From: a bacterium
Lineage (GTDB): Bacteria; Zhuqueibacterota; Zhuqueibacteria; Residuimicrobiales; Krinioviventaceae
Reading direction: 5' to 3'
DNA length: 64,000 nt
NCBI GenBank assembly: GCA_963675755.2
Contig: CAXXMD010000003.1
Location: 2,560,001 to 2,624,000 of the forward strand
Numbering within the stretch: position 1 is the first letter of the stretch; each line of letters begins with the position of its first letter. Both the position numbers and the translations under genes were made by a program. The notes beneath the pieces were generated by a model. It did no database searches and was not told the DNA's origin. It saw only the letters and a list, made by a program, of their open reading frames with translations. Below are positions 49,101 through 58,127 of this stretch, piece after piece.

Positions 49101-50676
49101 AGAACAGGCATTAATGCGTTCCAGTTCTTTTCTACAAACTGTAATAGATGAAGCCCCGTTTGGTATTGAGATTTGTGAAGGAAATAAGGATGATTGGGAA
49201 TTTACAATTATCAATAAAGAAGCCCAGCGCATTCTGGGAACCACCAGCGAACTACATCAAGGTATTGGAAGTAAAAAAGGAGTAATTAAGAAACAAGAGT
49301 GCTTAACCTGGAAATTTTTGTATCTAAACGGAAGTGAATTGAAAATAGAACAAACACCTTTATATCACGCTCTAGAAGAAGGTAAAACTGTAACAAATGA
49401 GGAATTGATTATATACCGCAAAGATAACAGCCAGGTAACCGTATTAATTAACGCATCACCTATTTTAGATGATACTGGTGAGATTATTGGTGGGCTTGTA
49501 ACCTTTGCAGATATCTCGGAACGGAAAAAAGCCGAAGAGGATTTGTTAGATTCTCGTGAACGTCTGGCCAAAGCTGAAGAAATTGGGCATTTGGGAAGCT
49601 GGGAAATTGATCTAGTAACGGGTAATAGTAAATGGTCTGATGAGTTTTTACGTATATGTGGTTTTGAACCCGGTCAGGTTGAAATGACTAAAGAACTAAG
49701 TGCCGAGATAACCCATCCCGAAGACAGATACCTGGTTAATGAAGAATTAAAACGGTTTCTCTTGGAAAAAGATAAATATAATGTTGAAAAACGAATTATT
49801 CGTCAGGATGGAGAGATTCGTTATATTCACTCTATCGGTAGAGTGCTTTTAGATGATATGGAAAAGCCAGTAAAGGTTATCGGTGCATTTTTGGATATAA
49901 CAGATAGAGTGTTGGCAGAACAAGAAACCCTGCGACTTGAAAGACAGATACAAGAAGTGCAAAAGCATGAAAGCCTGGGTGTATTGGCTGGTGGAATAGC
50001 CCATAATTTTAATAACGCATTACTTGCTGTTCTGGGGAATTTGGAATTGACCCGATATAATTTAGATACAGAACACAAGGCGTTTAAAAGTATAGTAAAT
50101 GCCGAGTCTGCTGCAAAAAGAGCTGCAGAATTGAGTAGATTAATGCTTGTATATGTTGGGCAAGGGCAGGAACACTATATTAAAATACCCTTGTCAAATT
50201 TATTGACAGATTTATGTCAACGAATGAAATCAACAGTACCGAATAATATTAACATGCATTGTTCCTATTCCAAAGATAGTGATTATTGGGTATATGGCTC
50301 TACAATGTTGTTGGAAGAATCCTTACAACATCTTGTAACCAATGCAATAGAGTCTATTGAAGATCAAAAAGGTGAGATAAGTATTACTATTGAAGAAAAA
50401 ATACTTGAAGAAGAAACATTGCAAATGAGTAAAGTACTTGAAAAACCTAAAGAAGGGAAATTTGTTTGCCTGACTGTTAAAGACACTGGCTGCGGAATGA
50501 GTAAAGAAACTTTTGAACGCATGTTTGAACCCTACTTTACTACAAAATTTATTGGAAGAGGTCTGGGCCTGGCTGCCGTGCTGGGTATTATCCGTGGTCA
50601 CAGAGGTGCAATTATCGTAAAAAGTAAGGAAGGAGAAGGAACCGAAGTAATGGTTGCTTTACCATCCATCGAATAG
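46171..50676 (+). CDS. Cytoplasmic multi-PAS/GAF sensor histidine kinase without receiver domain
   Basis: Many PAS/PAC repeats, two GAF-like segments, H-box LAGGIAHNFNN, DTGCGM, FEPYFTTK and GRGLGLA; the protein ends right after the ATPase domain. Confidence 0.9.
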   Translation: MTKKMKKNANNLDAKRLQLALEAANGAAFYYDLVNDIVEWDDANFELFGYDKDNFTGTREVWVKRIHPDDLSVAVNAMDEAFADKDRESFNIEYRIVRPDGDIRYINARAWVDRAVNGKPLSFAGIHFDITEQKLAEIELKESENKYRLLYEGLKDAVLLIDKDGYFDFNSAACEMFGYTAEEMKKLHMRDLAPEGYNEIPEYLSLQRQNYTRTLEEGPQQFEWIHRRKNGELFEVEVVTRMVELNGRMIMQGVIRDVSNHKKLQRDLLKSQADHRRAQEIARFGHWLFDVETEIFTGSKEALRHYQLKNKSASLYEIAEKIDPGFRIMVYRQFNDCINLGKRFNHDFQIILEDNSRMWINSVAYPELDAQGNVVKIVGTTMDITKRKETELALEEHSHFERIINRLSSNLVELKDLDEKIENILGIIGEFAKVDWAYVYLMSDDGVYIENTHDWRSEILEGTSNAYKRVNPGKDLPWFWSLIKTGETVHLPSFDSLPERARPEKEIWSSQNLKSLLAIPMFNNHRLVGLLGFATVKKQKAWNDNVISLLKITGETFGRALEQKRMYDSLRRSEERFRKLIKDSPVAMVVSDSNMFVMDVNSQFEELTGYNRRDLSHEKIWWDLLVPNPQYRFHIKQWWDKIINDAIDNKNSVTEPIEVVFTCKDGSKKDILINMAFTGDLKLIVLQDYTKQRQGEALLQAQRDLAIALGQSVGLEETLQVCTEAAINSSFMDCGGVYLVNPVNKGLDLKYHIGLSTLFSDKTVHFEKNSSNVSVVMKGEPVYTSYEKLSTDLNIKLDCEGLKAIAKLPIKYKDQVIGCMNVASHLLEDVPDYSKLILETIASQMGQAIMREHALDVQREREENLAMFFESVNDFLFVLDERASILQINPAVTQHLGYKEQDLVGETILSLHPEELKSIASEIILDILSKKRFLYDIPLLTKAGKEIPVETKVTTGQWNGKTAFFCISRDVTERKRAEQALMRSSSFLQTVIDEAPFGIEICEGNKDDWEFTIINKEAQRILGTTSELHQGIGSKKGVIKKQECLTWKFLYLNGSELKIEQTPLYHALEEGKTVTNEELIIYRKDNSQVTVLINASPILDDTGEIIGGLVTFADISERKKAEEDLLDSRERLAKAEEIGHLGSWEIDLVTGNSKWSDEFLRICGFEPGQVEMTKELSAEITHPEDRYLVNEELKRFLLEKDKYNVEKRIIRQDGEIRYIHSIGRVLLDDMEKPVKVIGAFLDITDRVLAEQETLRLERQIQEVQKHESLGVLAGGIAHNFNNALLAVLGNLELTRYNLDTEHKAFKSIVNAESAAKRAAELSRLMLVYVGQGQEHYIKIPLSNLLTDLCQRMKSTVPNNINMHCSYSKDSDYWVYGSTMLLEESLQHLVTNAIESIEDQKGEISITIEEKILEEETLQMSKVLEKPKEGKFVCLTVKDTGCGMSKETFERMFEPYFTTKFIGRGLGLAAVLGIIRGHRGAIIVKSKEGEGTEVMVALPSIE

Positions 50677-50863
50677 AACAAAATATAAATTAATTGAAGC
50701 GAATTCGCTTGAAATAAATACTTGTTTTGTTCAAGCTTTTATATTAAATTTATTCAGTAACTCAACCACTCTGCTTTCAAAATGGTACTAGAATAGTAAC
50801 CAACATTTCTTGATTCTCTGCGTTTGAGTATAACGGTTCTGTTAAACAAATTTAAAAAATCTA

Positions 50864-51229
50864 ATGAAAAATAGTTTCCTAGTAGAAGAATACCCTGGGT
50901 ATATTGTATTTCGGGTATCTGGCCAAGATAGCTTACAATTCTCTATGGATTATTGGCAAAAAGTTGGTCAAGTTTGCAACGAAAAAAAAGTCTATAAAGC
51001 TTTGATAGTGGAAGATTTACAAGGTCAAATTTCCATGTCTGAAATGTATGAATTATGTGAGGCATTACCTCATTTTGTTTTGGGATTAGATATTGCTTTT
51101 ATAGATAATGATCCTGAACATTCATATGATAACTTGTTTGGTGAAACGGTTGCAAGAAACCGGGGTGTAAATATTAATGATTTTAGCAACGAAAAAGATG
51201 CTATTGCATGGTTGTTAGAAACAGATTGA
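50864..51229 (+). CDS. Small STAS/SpoIIAA-like protein
   Basis: KALIVEDL, IAFID, ETVARNRG and FSNEKDAIAWL pattern. Confidence 0.6.
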   Translation: MKNSFLVEEYPGYIVFRVSGQDSLQFSMDYWQKVGQVCNEKKVYKALIVEDLQGQISMSEMYELCEALPHFVLGLDIAFIDNDPEHSYDNLFGETVARNRGVNINDFSNEKDAIAWLLETD

Positions 51230-51381
51230 AATGTATCAATAGAATACTTTACTTGCCATCTTGACACTATCTCAAGTATAATGGTTCCTCTAAAATGGTA
51301 TAACCTTTATAATTTTGTTTGTATCAATCAGTATTTTTGTTATTTTGAAATTGGTCACTTTAATTGCAAGGAAACCATATA

Positions 51382-53394
51382 ATGAATAACAAAGTTGTTT
51401 TGATTGTATTGCTCGTTGTTTGCAGTTCGTTTGCCCAAGGAAATACCACCAACTCTTTTTATATTTCCAACCGATCGCCTCTAATTAAAGCTCCGTTTGT
51501 AGAACTCCCACTTGGATCAATCAAGCCTGAAGGATGGCTGCTGACTATGCTGGAAATCCAGCGAGATGGTCTTACCGGTAATTTGGATTCTGTTTATGCA
51601 TCCGTATGTGGTCCCCGCAATGGTTGGCTGGGTGGGGATGGTGATGGCTGGGAACGCGGTCCTTACTGGTTAGATGGCCTGGTGCCGCTTGCATATATGT
51701 TAGATGACCCTGCTTTAAAAGCAAAAGCTCAAAAGTGGATAGAATGGTCTATCAATAATCAGCAAAAGGATGGTTATTTTGGGCCTGTTCCTTTTAGTGA
51801 AAAGCCCGAGCATGAAACCGGGATTCAAAAAGATAAGCGCCGTGACTGGTGGCCCAAGATGGTAATGCTCAAAGTATTAAAACAGTATTATTTGGCTACC
51901 GGGGATGAACGTGTTCTTGCCTTAATGGATAATTATTTCAGATACATGCTGGAAAATCTACCCAAAACCCCTTTAGGTCACTGGACGTTTTGGGGTGAGC
52001 GGCGGGGTGCAGATAACCTTGCTATTGTACATTGGTTATACAATATTACCGGTGAATCTTATTTGTTAGAGCTTGGAGAGTTGATTCACGAGCAAACACA
52101 CAAGTGGGAAGATTTATTGGGAGATGGAGCGTTTGCGTGTAATAATCCGCCCATTGACCGGCATTGCGTCAATATTGCACAGGGGATGAAAGCACCTGCA
52201 GTTTGGTATCAGCAGAATAGAAAATCAGAATTGTTAGATGATCTAAAACAAGGGATGCTCGATTTGCAGCAGAGTTTTGGCTATGTAAACGGTATGTATG
52301 GCGCAGATGAAGCTTTGCATAGTAATGATCCGGTTCAGGGAGTAGAGTTTTGTTCGGTTGTCGAATTGATGTACTCGCTGGAAACCATATTGCCGATTAG
52401 CGGCGATGTGTTTTATGCAGATTATCTGGAGAAATTGGCGTTTAATGCTTTACCCGCACAGCATACTGATGATTTCAGATACCGGCAATATTTTCAACAA
52501 GCAAATCAAGTACAGGTAACAGATCAGAGACACAATTTTTATAATGATGATGATGCCAGACAGTGCTTTGGTGTTTTAACTGGGTATCCGTGTTGTACTT
52601 GTAACATGCACCAGGGATGGCCCAAGTTTGTTCAAAATTTATTCTATGCGACACCTGAAAATGGAGTTGCAGCTTTGATTTATGGTCCTGCCAACGCAAG
52701 GTTAAAGGTTGGTAATGGAGTTGATCTTGAACTGACCGAGAAAACAACATATCCCTTTGATGATAAAATAATTTTTGATATGCAACTGTCAGCTCGAGCT
52801 GAATTTGGTTTCCATTTGAGAATACCAGCCTGGTGTGATTCGGCTGTTATTTCCATCAATGGAAAAGTTTTTAGATCACCCAAAGCTAACCGTATTGTTG
52901 AAATTAACAGAAAATGGACCGATGGTGATGTAGTAGAATTACAGTTGCCCATGAGACTCACGACAAGTCGATGGTATGAAAGAACAGTTGGGATTGAGAG
53001 AGGCCCACTGGTATATGCTTTGCGCATTGAAGAAGAGTGGCGTAAAGTTGATAAATCTCATTTAGAGCGTTATCTTTATGAACACCCCTTTTGGGAAGTC
53101 TATCCAACCTCTCCATGGAATTATGGTATATTAGAGTCAAGTGTTAAGAATATGGAATTTAATATTATAAAGTCTGATGAATTGGCAGAAATGCCCTGGA
53201 ATCTTGAAAATGCCCCTGTTACTTTATATACAAAAGGTATGAGAATCCCTGAATGGGTTATGTATAACCATTCAGCGGGAACCCCACCAAGAAGTCCGTA
53301 CCGGACTGTTGAAAAACAACCCATTGTTGAACTGCAACTTGTTCCCTATGGATGCACAACCTTACGAATAAGTCAATTTTCAACTTGTCGATAG
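51382..53394 (+). CDS. Glycoside hydrolase family 127 (beta-L-arabinofuranosidase-like)
   Basis: Signal peptide; LGSIKPEGWL, WERGPYWLDG, HCVN, EFCSVVE, PCCTCN and LVPYGCTTLRI. Confidence 0.85.
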   Translation: MNNKVVLIVLLVVCSSFAQGNTTNSFYISNRSPLIKAPFVELPLGSIKPEGWLLTMLEIQRDGLTGNLDSVYASVCGPRNGWLGGDGDGWERGPYWLDGLVPLAYMLDDPALKAKAQKWIEWSINNQQKDGYFGPVPFSEKPEHETGIQKDKRRDWWPKMVMLKVLKQYYLATGDERVLALMDNYFRYMLENLPKTPLGHWTFWGERRGADNLAIVHWLYNITGESYLLELGELIHEQTHKWEDLLGDGAFACNNPPIDRHCVNIAQGMKAPAVWYQQNRKSELLDDLKQGMLDLQQSFGYVNGMYGADEALHSNDPVQGVEFCSVVELMYSLETILPISGDVFYADYLEKLAFNALPAQHTDDFRYRQYFQQANQVQVTDQRHNFYNDDDARQCFGVLTGYPCCTCNMHQGWPKFVQNLFYATPENGVAALIYGPANARLKVGNGVDLELTEKTTYPFDDKIIFDMQLSARAEFGFHLRIPAWCDSAVISINGKVFRSPKANRIVEINRKWTDGDVVELQLPMRLTTSRWYERTVGIERGPLVYALRIEEEWRKVDKSHLERYLYEHPFWEVYPTSPWNYGILESSVKNMEFNIIKSDELAEMPWNLENAPVTLYTKGMRIPEWVMYNHSAGTPPRSPYRTVEKQPIVELQLVPYGCTTLRISQFSTCR

Positions 53395-53551
53395 AAAATG
53401 TAGGTTATTATTTTTACTGAATTAAAGAATGTTTAGTGTAGTAATTTTCTTAAAATTAAAAAATATTTGTATCTTTAATTGTTGCGGCCTGCTTTTTGTT
53501 GTATTTTTTATAGGGTGTAATGATGTTATTTGTGTAGTTTTGAGGTAGTAA

Positions 53552-56500
53552 ATGAAAAGGTTTGAAAAGGAATTTATAGATCTTGTAGATCGATTATTAT
53601 TACATAACGACAAGAATTCTCTTCTCGAAGAATATATAAATAGCATAAATAATATGGCATCAGATTTTAGTGTGTCATATACTAGTTCTCATTGTTGTGA
53701 TGATAATTTATTTATAGTTAAAACTCATAATAACCAATTTGGGTATTTAATTACTAATTGTGATCCTGCATTAATTTCTCCTGGTTTTTCTCAACTTTTT
53801 TTAAAAAGTATTTCTATGCTTGCCCGAATTCTTGATAAATTACCCAATATCGAGTCAGTCCACAAAACATCTCACAAGCAAGATATCTCCGCGGAATTAA
53901 AGAAATTAAAGAAAAGTGAAGCGCTTTACAAGGGTATGGAAAAGGTGAGCAAAGTTGGGGGATGGGAGTATGATGTTAAGAATAATAATGCGTATTGGAC
54001 TCCTGAAACCTATCGGATTTATGGATTCGATTTGAAAGATTTAAATGCTGATACCCCTATTCCATTTGAAGACAGTTTAAAATGTTTTGAAAAATCTGAC
54101 AAAGAAAAATTACTCGAGGTTTTTTTGGAATGTATCAAAACCGGAAAGACCTATGACCTGGAACTGAAAATGACAAATCATAAGGGGAAACAGCTTTGGA
54201 TCAAGACCGGCGCAAAAGCAACCAGGCACAATGGCAAAGTTGTCAAGGCTCAGGGATATATTATTGATATTACAGAGCGTAAAAAAGCTGAACTTGAATT
54301 GCAGGAATCGCATATTGATATTCAGCTTCGACACGAGATTGCAAATATATTGTTATTAAAATCAGATGAAAAAGTTTATTCAGAAATTCTTAAAAAAATA
54401 TTGATCATAGTATCAAGTAATCATGGGTTTTTAGGGTATATTGATGAGCATGGTGATCTGGTTTGTCCTACCATTACTGAAAACCTGTGGAGTAAAAGCC
54501 TTGTTTCTGACAAGTCCATGACATTACCCAAAAACGCATGGGGAGGGTTATGGGGTGATTCTTTATTAAAAAAGAAAACCTTGATAAAAGAAATGGATTT
54601 ATCAACCCCCCAAGGGCATACTCCTTTAACAAGAGCAATGACTGTACCCATTTTGTTGGGAAGAAAATTGGTTGGATTGATTGCTGTTGCGAATAAAGAG
54701 TCTGAATATAATATTCATGATCAAAAAAGGATTGAATCCGTTGCAAAATATATTGCCCCTCTTATTAAAGAACGCCTTGAGAAAACGGACTTTGAAAGAC
54801 AACGCGCTATAGCTTTGACTGAACTGGAAGAAAGTGAAAAGTTGCTACGCAAGATATCAGAAAATTATCCCAATTCATTTGTAGCAATAATTGAAAAAGA
54901 TAATACTATTGGTTTTGTTTCCGGTCAGGAAATGCTCAAACAAATCAATCTTGGGCAAGCTATTGTTGGTAAGACATTTCGTGAAATAATTGGTGATAAG
55001 GCTGCGCCAATTGAAGCAAGTTTAGTAAAAACGTTTCAGGGAAACGAAAACGAATTGAAATTTGAAGCAAATGATGTATTCTACCATATTAAAATGGTTC
55101 CCTTGTTTTATAATGATTCTGTTAACAGAGTACTCATTGTTGCCGAAAATATAACCCAAAAAGTACGTCTTGATACGGTATTACAAATAGATAGAGATTT
55201 GGGTGTAAAATTAACAAAGGTCTCAACGTTATATGATGCCATGCATGAGTGCCTTGAGCATTCTTTAAAAATACCCGGGATTGACAGTGGTGGTATTTAT
55301 AAAGCTAATTATGATACAGAATATTTTGAATTGTTTGTGCATAAAAATGTTTCCCAAAAATTTATCAAGAATGTAGATCGTTTTAGTTTCAAGGATGAAA
55401 AAAGTGCACCGATTTTTGCGGTAAATCCTTTTTATCTTGATTACGAGATGTTGAAAATAATGCCAGACAAGTATTTTATCAAAGAAGGATTTTTATCATC
55501 TGCTATTTTACCGGTGCACCACAAAGGTCATATAGTCGGTTGTATTAATCTTGTTTCTCGTACTGAAACCAGGATGCCGGAATATCTATATCCATTTTTT
55601 GAGAATATGATTTCAATGCTTGGAACCATATTGGTGAATCTGGAAAACCAGGAGATTATTCGTAATAGTGAAGAACGGTATCGTAATTTTATTATGAATG
55701 CCAGCGAAGGAATTTACAGAATAGATTTTATTGAGCCGGTACCAATTAATTCATCTAAAAAACAATTATCTGAAAAAATTAAACAAAATGCAGTTTTTGT
55801 TGAAGTAAATGACGCTCTTGCTCAAATGTATGGATCAAGTGTTGAAGAGCTGACTGGCAAACCCGTTCACCAGGTTATGCCGAATTATGATAAAAAAGTA
55901 TTGAAAGCACTTGCCACAAGAGGCTATATCGTTTCTGAGCTTGAAAGTCTGGTTTTTGATATTCATGAAAAACCTGTCTATGTATCAGAGAGTTTTAGGA
56001 TAATTGTTGATGATAAAACTATGCATAGAATTTGGGGGATGCAAAGGGACATAACCGAACACAAATTTGCAGCTCAAAAGTTAAGCGAAAGCCAACATCA
56101 TATGGCAGAAGCGCAAAGAATAGGTAAAATTGGTAGTTTTATTTTGGATGCGAAAACCAGAGATTCTATCTGGTCTGACCAAATGTATGAAATCTTTGGA
56201 TTTGAAAATACTGACCAAGTGCCGGAACTTAAAAAGGTACGTTCAAGAATTCATCCGGAAGATCTGGATGTTTTTGATAATGCGATAATAATGTCAGAAA
56301 AAAATGAGCTGCCAGAGAATGTACAATATCGCATACTTTTACCGGATAAGACTCTAAAATGGGTTATTAGTCGCATTGAATTGATATATGATGATAATGG
56401 AATTCCGGTTCAATTCAGAGGCACGGTTCAGGATATAACTGAACGCAAGCAAACAGAGTTGGCTCTTGAAAAACGAATGCTTGCATTAACACGCCCTATT

Positions 56501-58042
56501 GATTACTCGGAAAATATTTTGTTTGAAGAGTTGTTTAATGTTGATGATATTCAGAAACTTCAGGATCTGTTTGCAACTGCTACCGGTGTTGCATCTATTA
56601 TTACTCATGTTGATGGTACACCAATTACAACTCCGAGTAACTTTTGTGATTTATGTGAAAATATTATTCGCAAGACAGATAAAGGACGAAAAAACTGTTT
56701 TCATTCCGATGCCATAATAGGGAGACATCAGGAAAAAGCGCCAATAGTACAACCCTGTTTGAGTGGTGGCTTGTGGGATGCAGGAGCAAGTATTTCTGTT
56801 GGTGGAAAACATATTGCAAACTGGTTAATTGGACAGGTTAGAAATGAAGAGCAGACTGAAGAAAAAATGCTAGAGTATGCCCGGGAAATTGGAGCTGATG
56901 AAGATGCTTTCATAAAAGCATTTCGTAAAGTTCCCAAAATGTCTAATAAGCAATTTCAAGAAGTGGCTGATGCATTGTTTGTAATTGCAAAACAATTGTC
57001 TGATACTGCATATCAAAATGTTCAACAGGCGCGCTTTATTTCTGATCGAAAGCAGGCTCAGGAGGCACTGCAAGAGAGTGAAAGCAGATTTAAGAGTTAT
57101 GTTGAAAACGCACCTGATGGAATTCTGGTTACTAATGACAATGGAAACTATGTAGATGTGAATCCTGCTGCATGTGAGATTTTAGGATATACCCGAAGTG
57201 AACTATTAAAGATGAACCTTAAAGATGTTATTGCTCCTGAGGAATTGGAAATTGGTCGTGAGCACTTTAATACTGTGGTAAATACAGGAAGTGCTGCCGG
57301 TGAGATGCAATTTGTCAGGAAAAATGGGATTAAACGATATTGGACAATAGATGCAGTTAAATTAACCAATACAAGATTTCTGGGATTTGTTAAAGATATT
57401 ACTGATCGCAAACTTGTTGAGAAGCAAATCAAGCAAAGTCTTGATGAAAAAAGTGTGTTGCTAAAAGAAATTCACCATAGGGTGAAAAATAATCTTCAGG
57501 TTATGCGTAGTTTGATCAGTCTGCAAACCCGATATGAAAAAAGCCAGGCATTTTGTGATTCTGCAACAGAATTATCAAACCGTATTTTATCTATGGCTTT
57601 GGTGCATGAGCAGTTGTATCAATCAGACAATCTGGCTGATATAAATTTTAAATCATATATCATGACACTTTGTGATGAAATTTTGGCAAGTCTGTTTAGA
57701 AAAGATATTGATATTCAGCTAGATCTTGAAGATATAAAGTTGGATATTGAAAGGTCTGTTCCTTTAGGGCTTATTATAAATGAACTGGTTACCAATGCTG
57801 TCAAACATGCATTCCCGGATGATAAAACAGGCAAAATAAAACTTTTTTTATCAAAAGAAGATAAAAAAGGTGTTTTGTCAATATGTGATAATGGTCAAGG
57901 AATACCAGAGAATGTAAACCTTGATAAACCCAAATCACTAGGACTCGAGTTGGTCAGAATTCTTACCAGGCAATTAGATGGGGAATTAAAGTTCCATCGA
58001 AAAAGTGGTACTAAAGTTACGATATCATTCCCAATAAACTGA
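53552..58042 (+). CDS. PAS/GAF/PocR sensor histidine kinase (HisKA_2 type)
   Basis: PAS and GAF repeats; PocR domain (LQDLFATATGVAS...SNFCDLC...CFHSD...CLSGGLWD...GQV); EIHHRVKNNLQ; ELVTNAVKHAF. Confidence 0.9.
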   Translation: MKRFEKEFIDLVDRLLLHNDKNSLLEEYINSINNMASDFSVSYTSSHCCDDNLFIVKTHNNQFGYLITNCDPALISPGFSQLFLKSISMLARILDKLPNIESVHKTSHKQDISAELKKLKKSEALYKGMEKVSKVGGWEYDVKNNNAYWTPETYRIYGFDLKDLNADTPIPFEDSLKCFEKSDKEKLLEVFLECIKTGKTYDLELKMTNHKGKQLWIKTGAKATRHNGKVVKAQGYIIDITERKKAELELQESHIDIQLRHEIANILLLKSDEKVYSEILKKILIIVSSNHGFLGYIDEHGDLVCPTITENLWSKSLVSDKSMTLPKNAWGGLWGDSLLKKKTLIKEMDLSTPQGHTPLTRAMTVPILLGRKLVGLIAVANKESEYNIHDQKRIESVAKYIAPLIKERLEKTDFERQRAIALTELEESEKLLRKISENYPNSFVAIIEKDNTIGFVSGQEMLKQINLGQAIVGKTFREIIGDKAAPIEASLVKTFQGNENELKFEANDVFYHIKMVPLFYNDSVNRVLIVAENITQKVRLDTVLQIDRDLGVKLTKVSTLYDAMHECLEHSLKIPGIDSGGIYKANYDTEYFELFVHKNVSQKFIKNVDRFSFKDEKSAPIFAVNPFYLDYEMLKIMPDKYFIKEGFLSSAILPVHHKGHIVGCINLVSRTETRMPEYLYPFFENMISMLGTILVNLENQEIIRNSEERYRNFIMNASEGIYRIDFIEPVPINSSKKQLSEKIKQNAVFVEVNDALAQMYGSSVEELTGKPVHQVMPNYDKKVLKALATRGYIVSELESLVFDIHEKPVYVSESFRIIVDDKTMHRIWGMQRDITEHKFAAQKLSESQHHMAEAQRIGKIGSFILDAKTRDSIWSDQMYEIFGFENTDQVPELKKVRSRIHPEDLDVFDNAIIMSEKNELPENVQYRILLPDKTLKWVISRIELIYDDNGIPVQFRGTVQDITERKQTELALEKRMLALTRPIDYSENILFEELFNVDDIQKLQDLFATATGVASIITHVDGTPITTPSNFCDLCENIIRKTDKGRKNCFHSDAIIGRHQEKAPIVQPCLSGGLWDAGASISVGGKHIANWLIGQVRNEEQTEEKMLEYAREIGADEDAFIKAFRKVPKMSNKQFQEVADALFVIAKQLSDTAYQNVQQARFISDRKQAQEALQESESRFKSYVENAPDGILVTNDNGNYVDVNPAACEILGYTRSELLKMNLKDVIAPEELEIGREHFNTVVNTGSAAGEMQFVRKNGIKRYWTIDAVKLTNTRFLGFVKDITDRKLVEKQIKQSLDEKSVLLKEIHHRVKNNLQVMRSLISLQTRYEKSQAFCDSATELSNRILSMALVHEQLYQSDNLADINFKSYIMTLCDEILASLFRKDIDIQLDLEDIKLDIERSVPLGLIINELVTNAVKHAFPDDKTGKIKLFLSKEDKKGVLSICDNGQGIPENVNLDKPKSLGLELVRILTRQLDGELKFHRKSGTKVTISFPIN

Positions 58043-58127
58043 TTGTATGATATTATATTTTGTCTTATTTTATATTTGGGCAGTATAAAAATAAAAAAAT
58101 CATCATCAGTTAAATGTAAGGGGTAGT

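Noticed and set aside
50808-51287. Similar motifs AGTATAACGGTTC (50827) and AGTATAATGGTTC (51275) flanking the small STAS-like gene, as possible cassette or insertion boundaries
   Set aside because: Short, and both contain -10-like TATAAY boxes; better explained as promoters. No attC-like structure or integrase is present.
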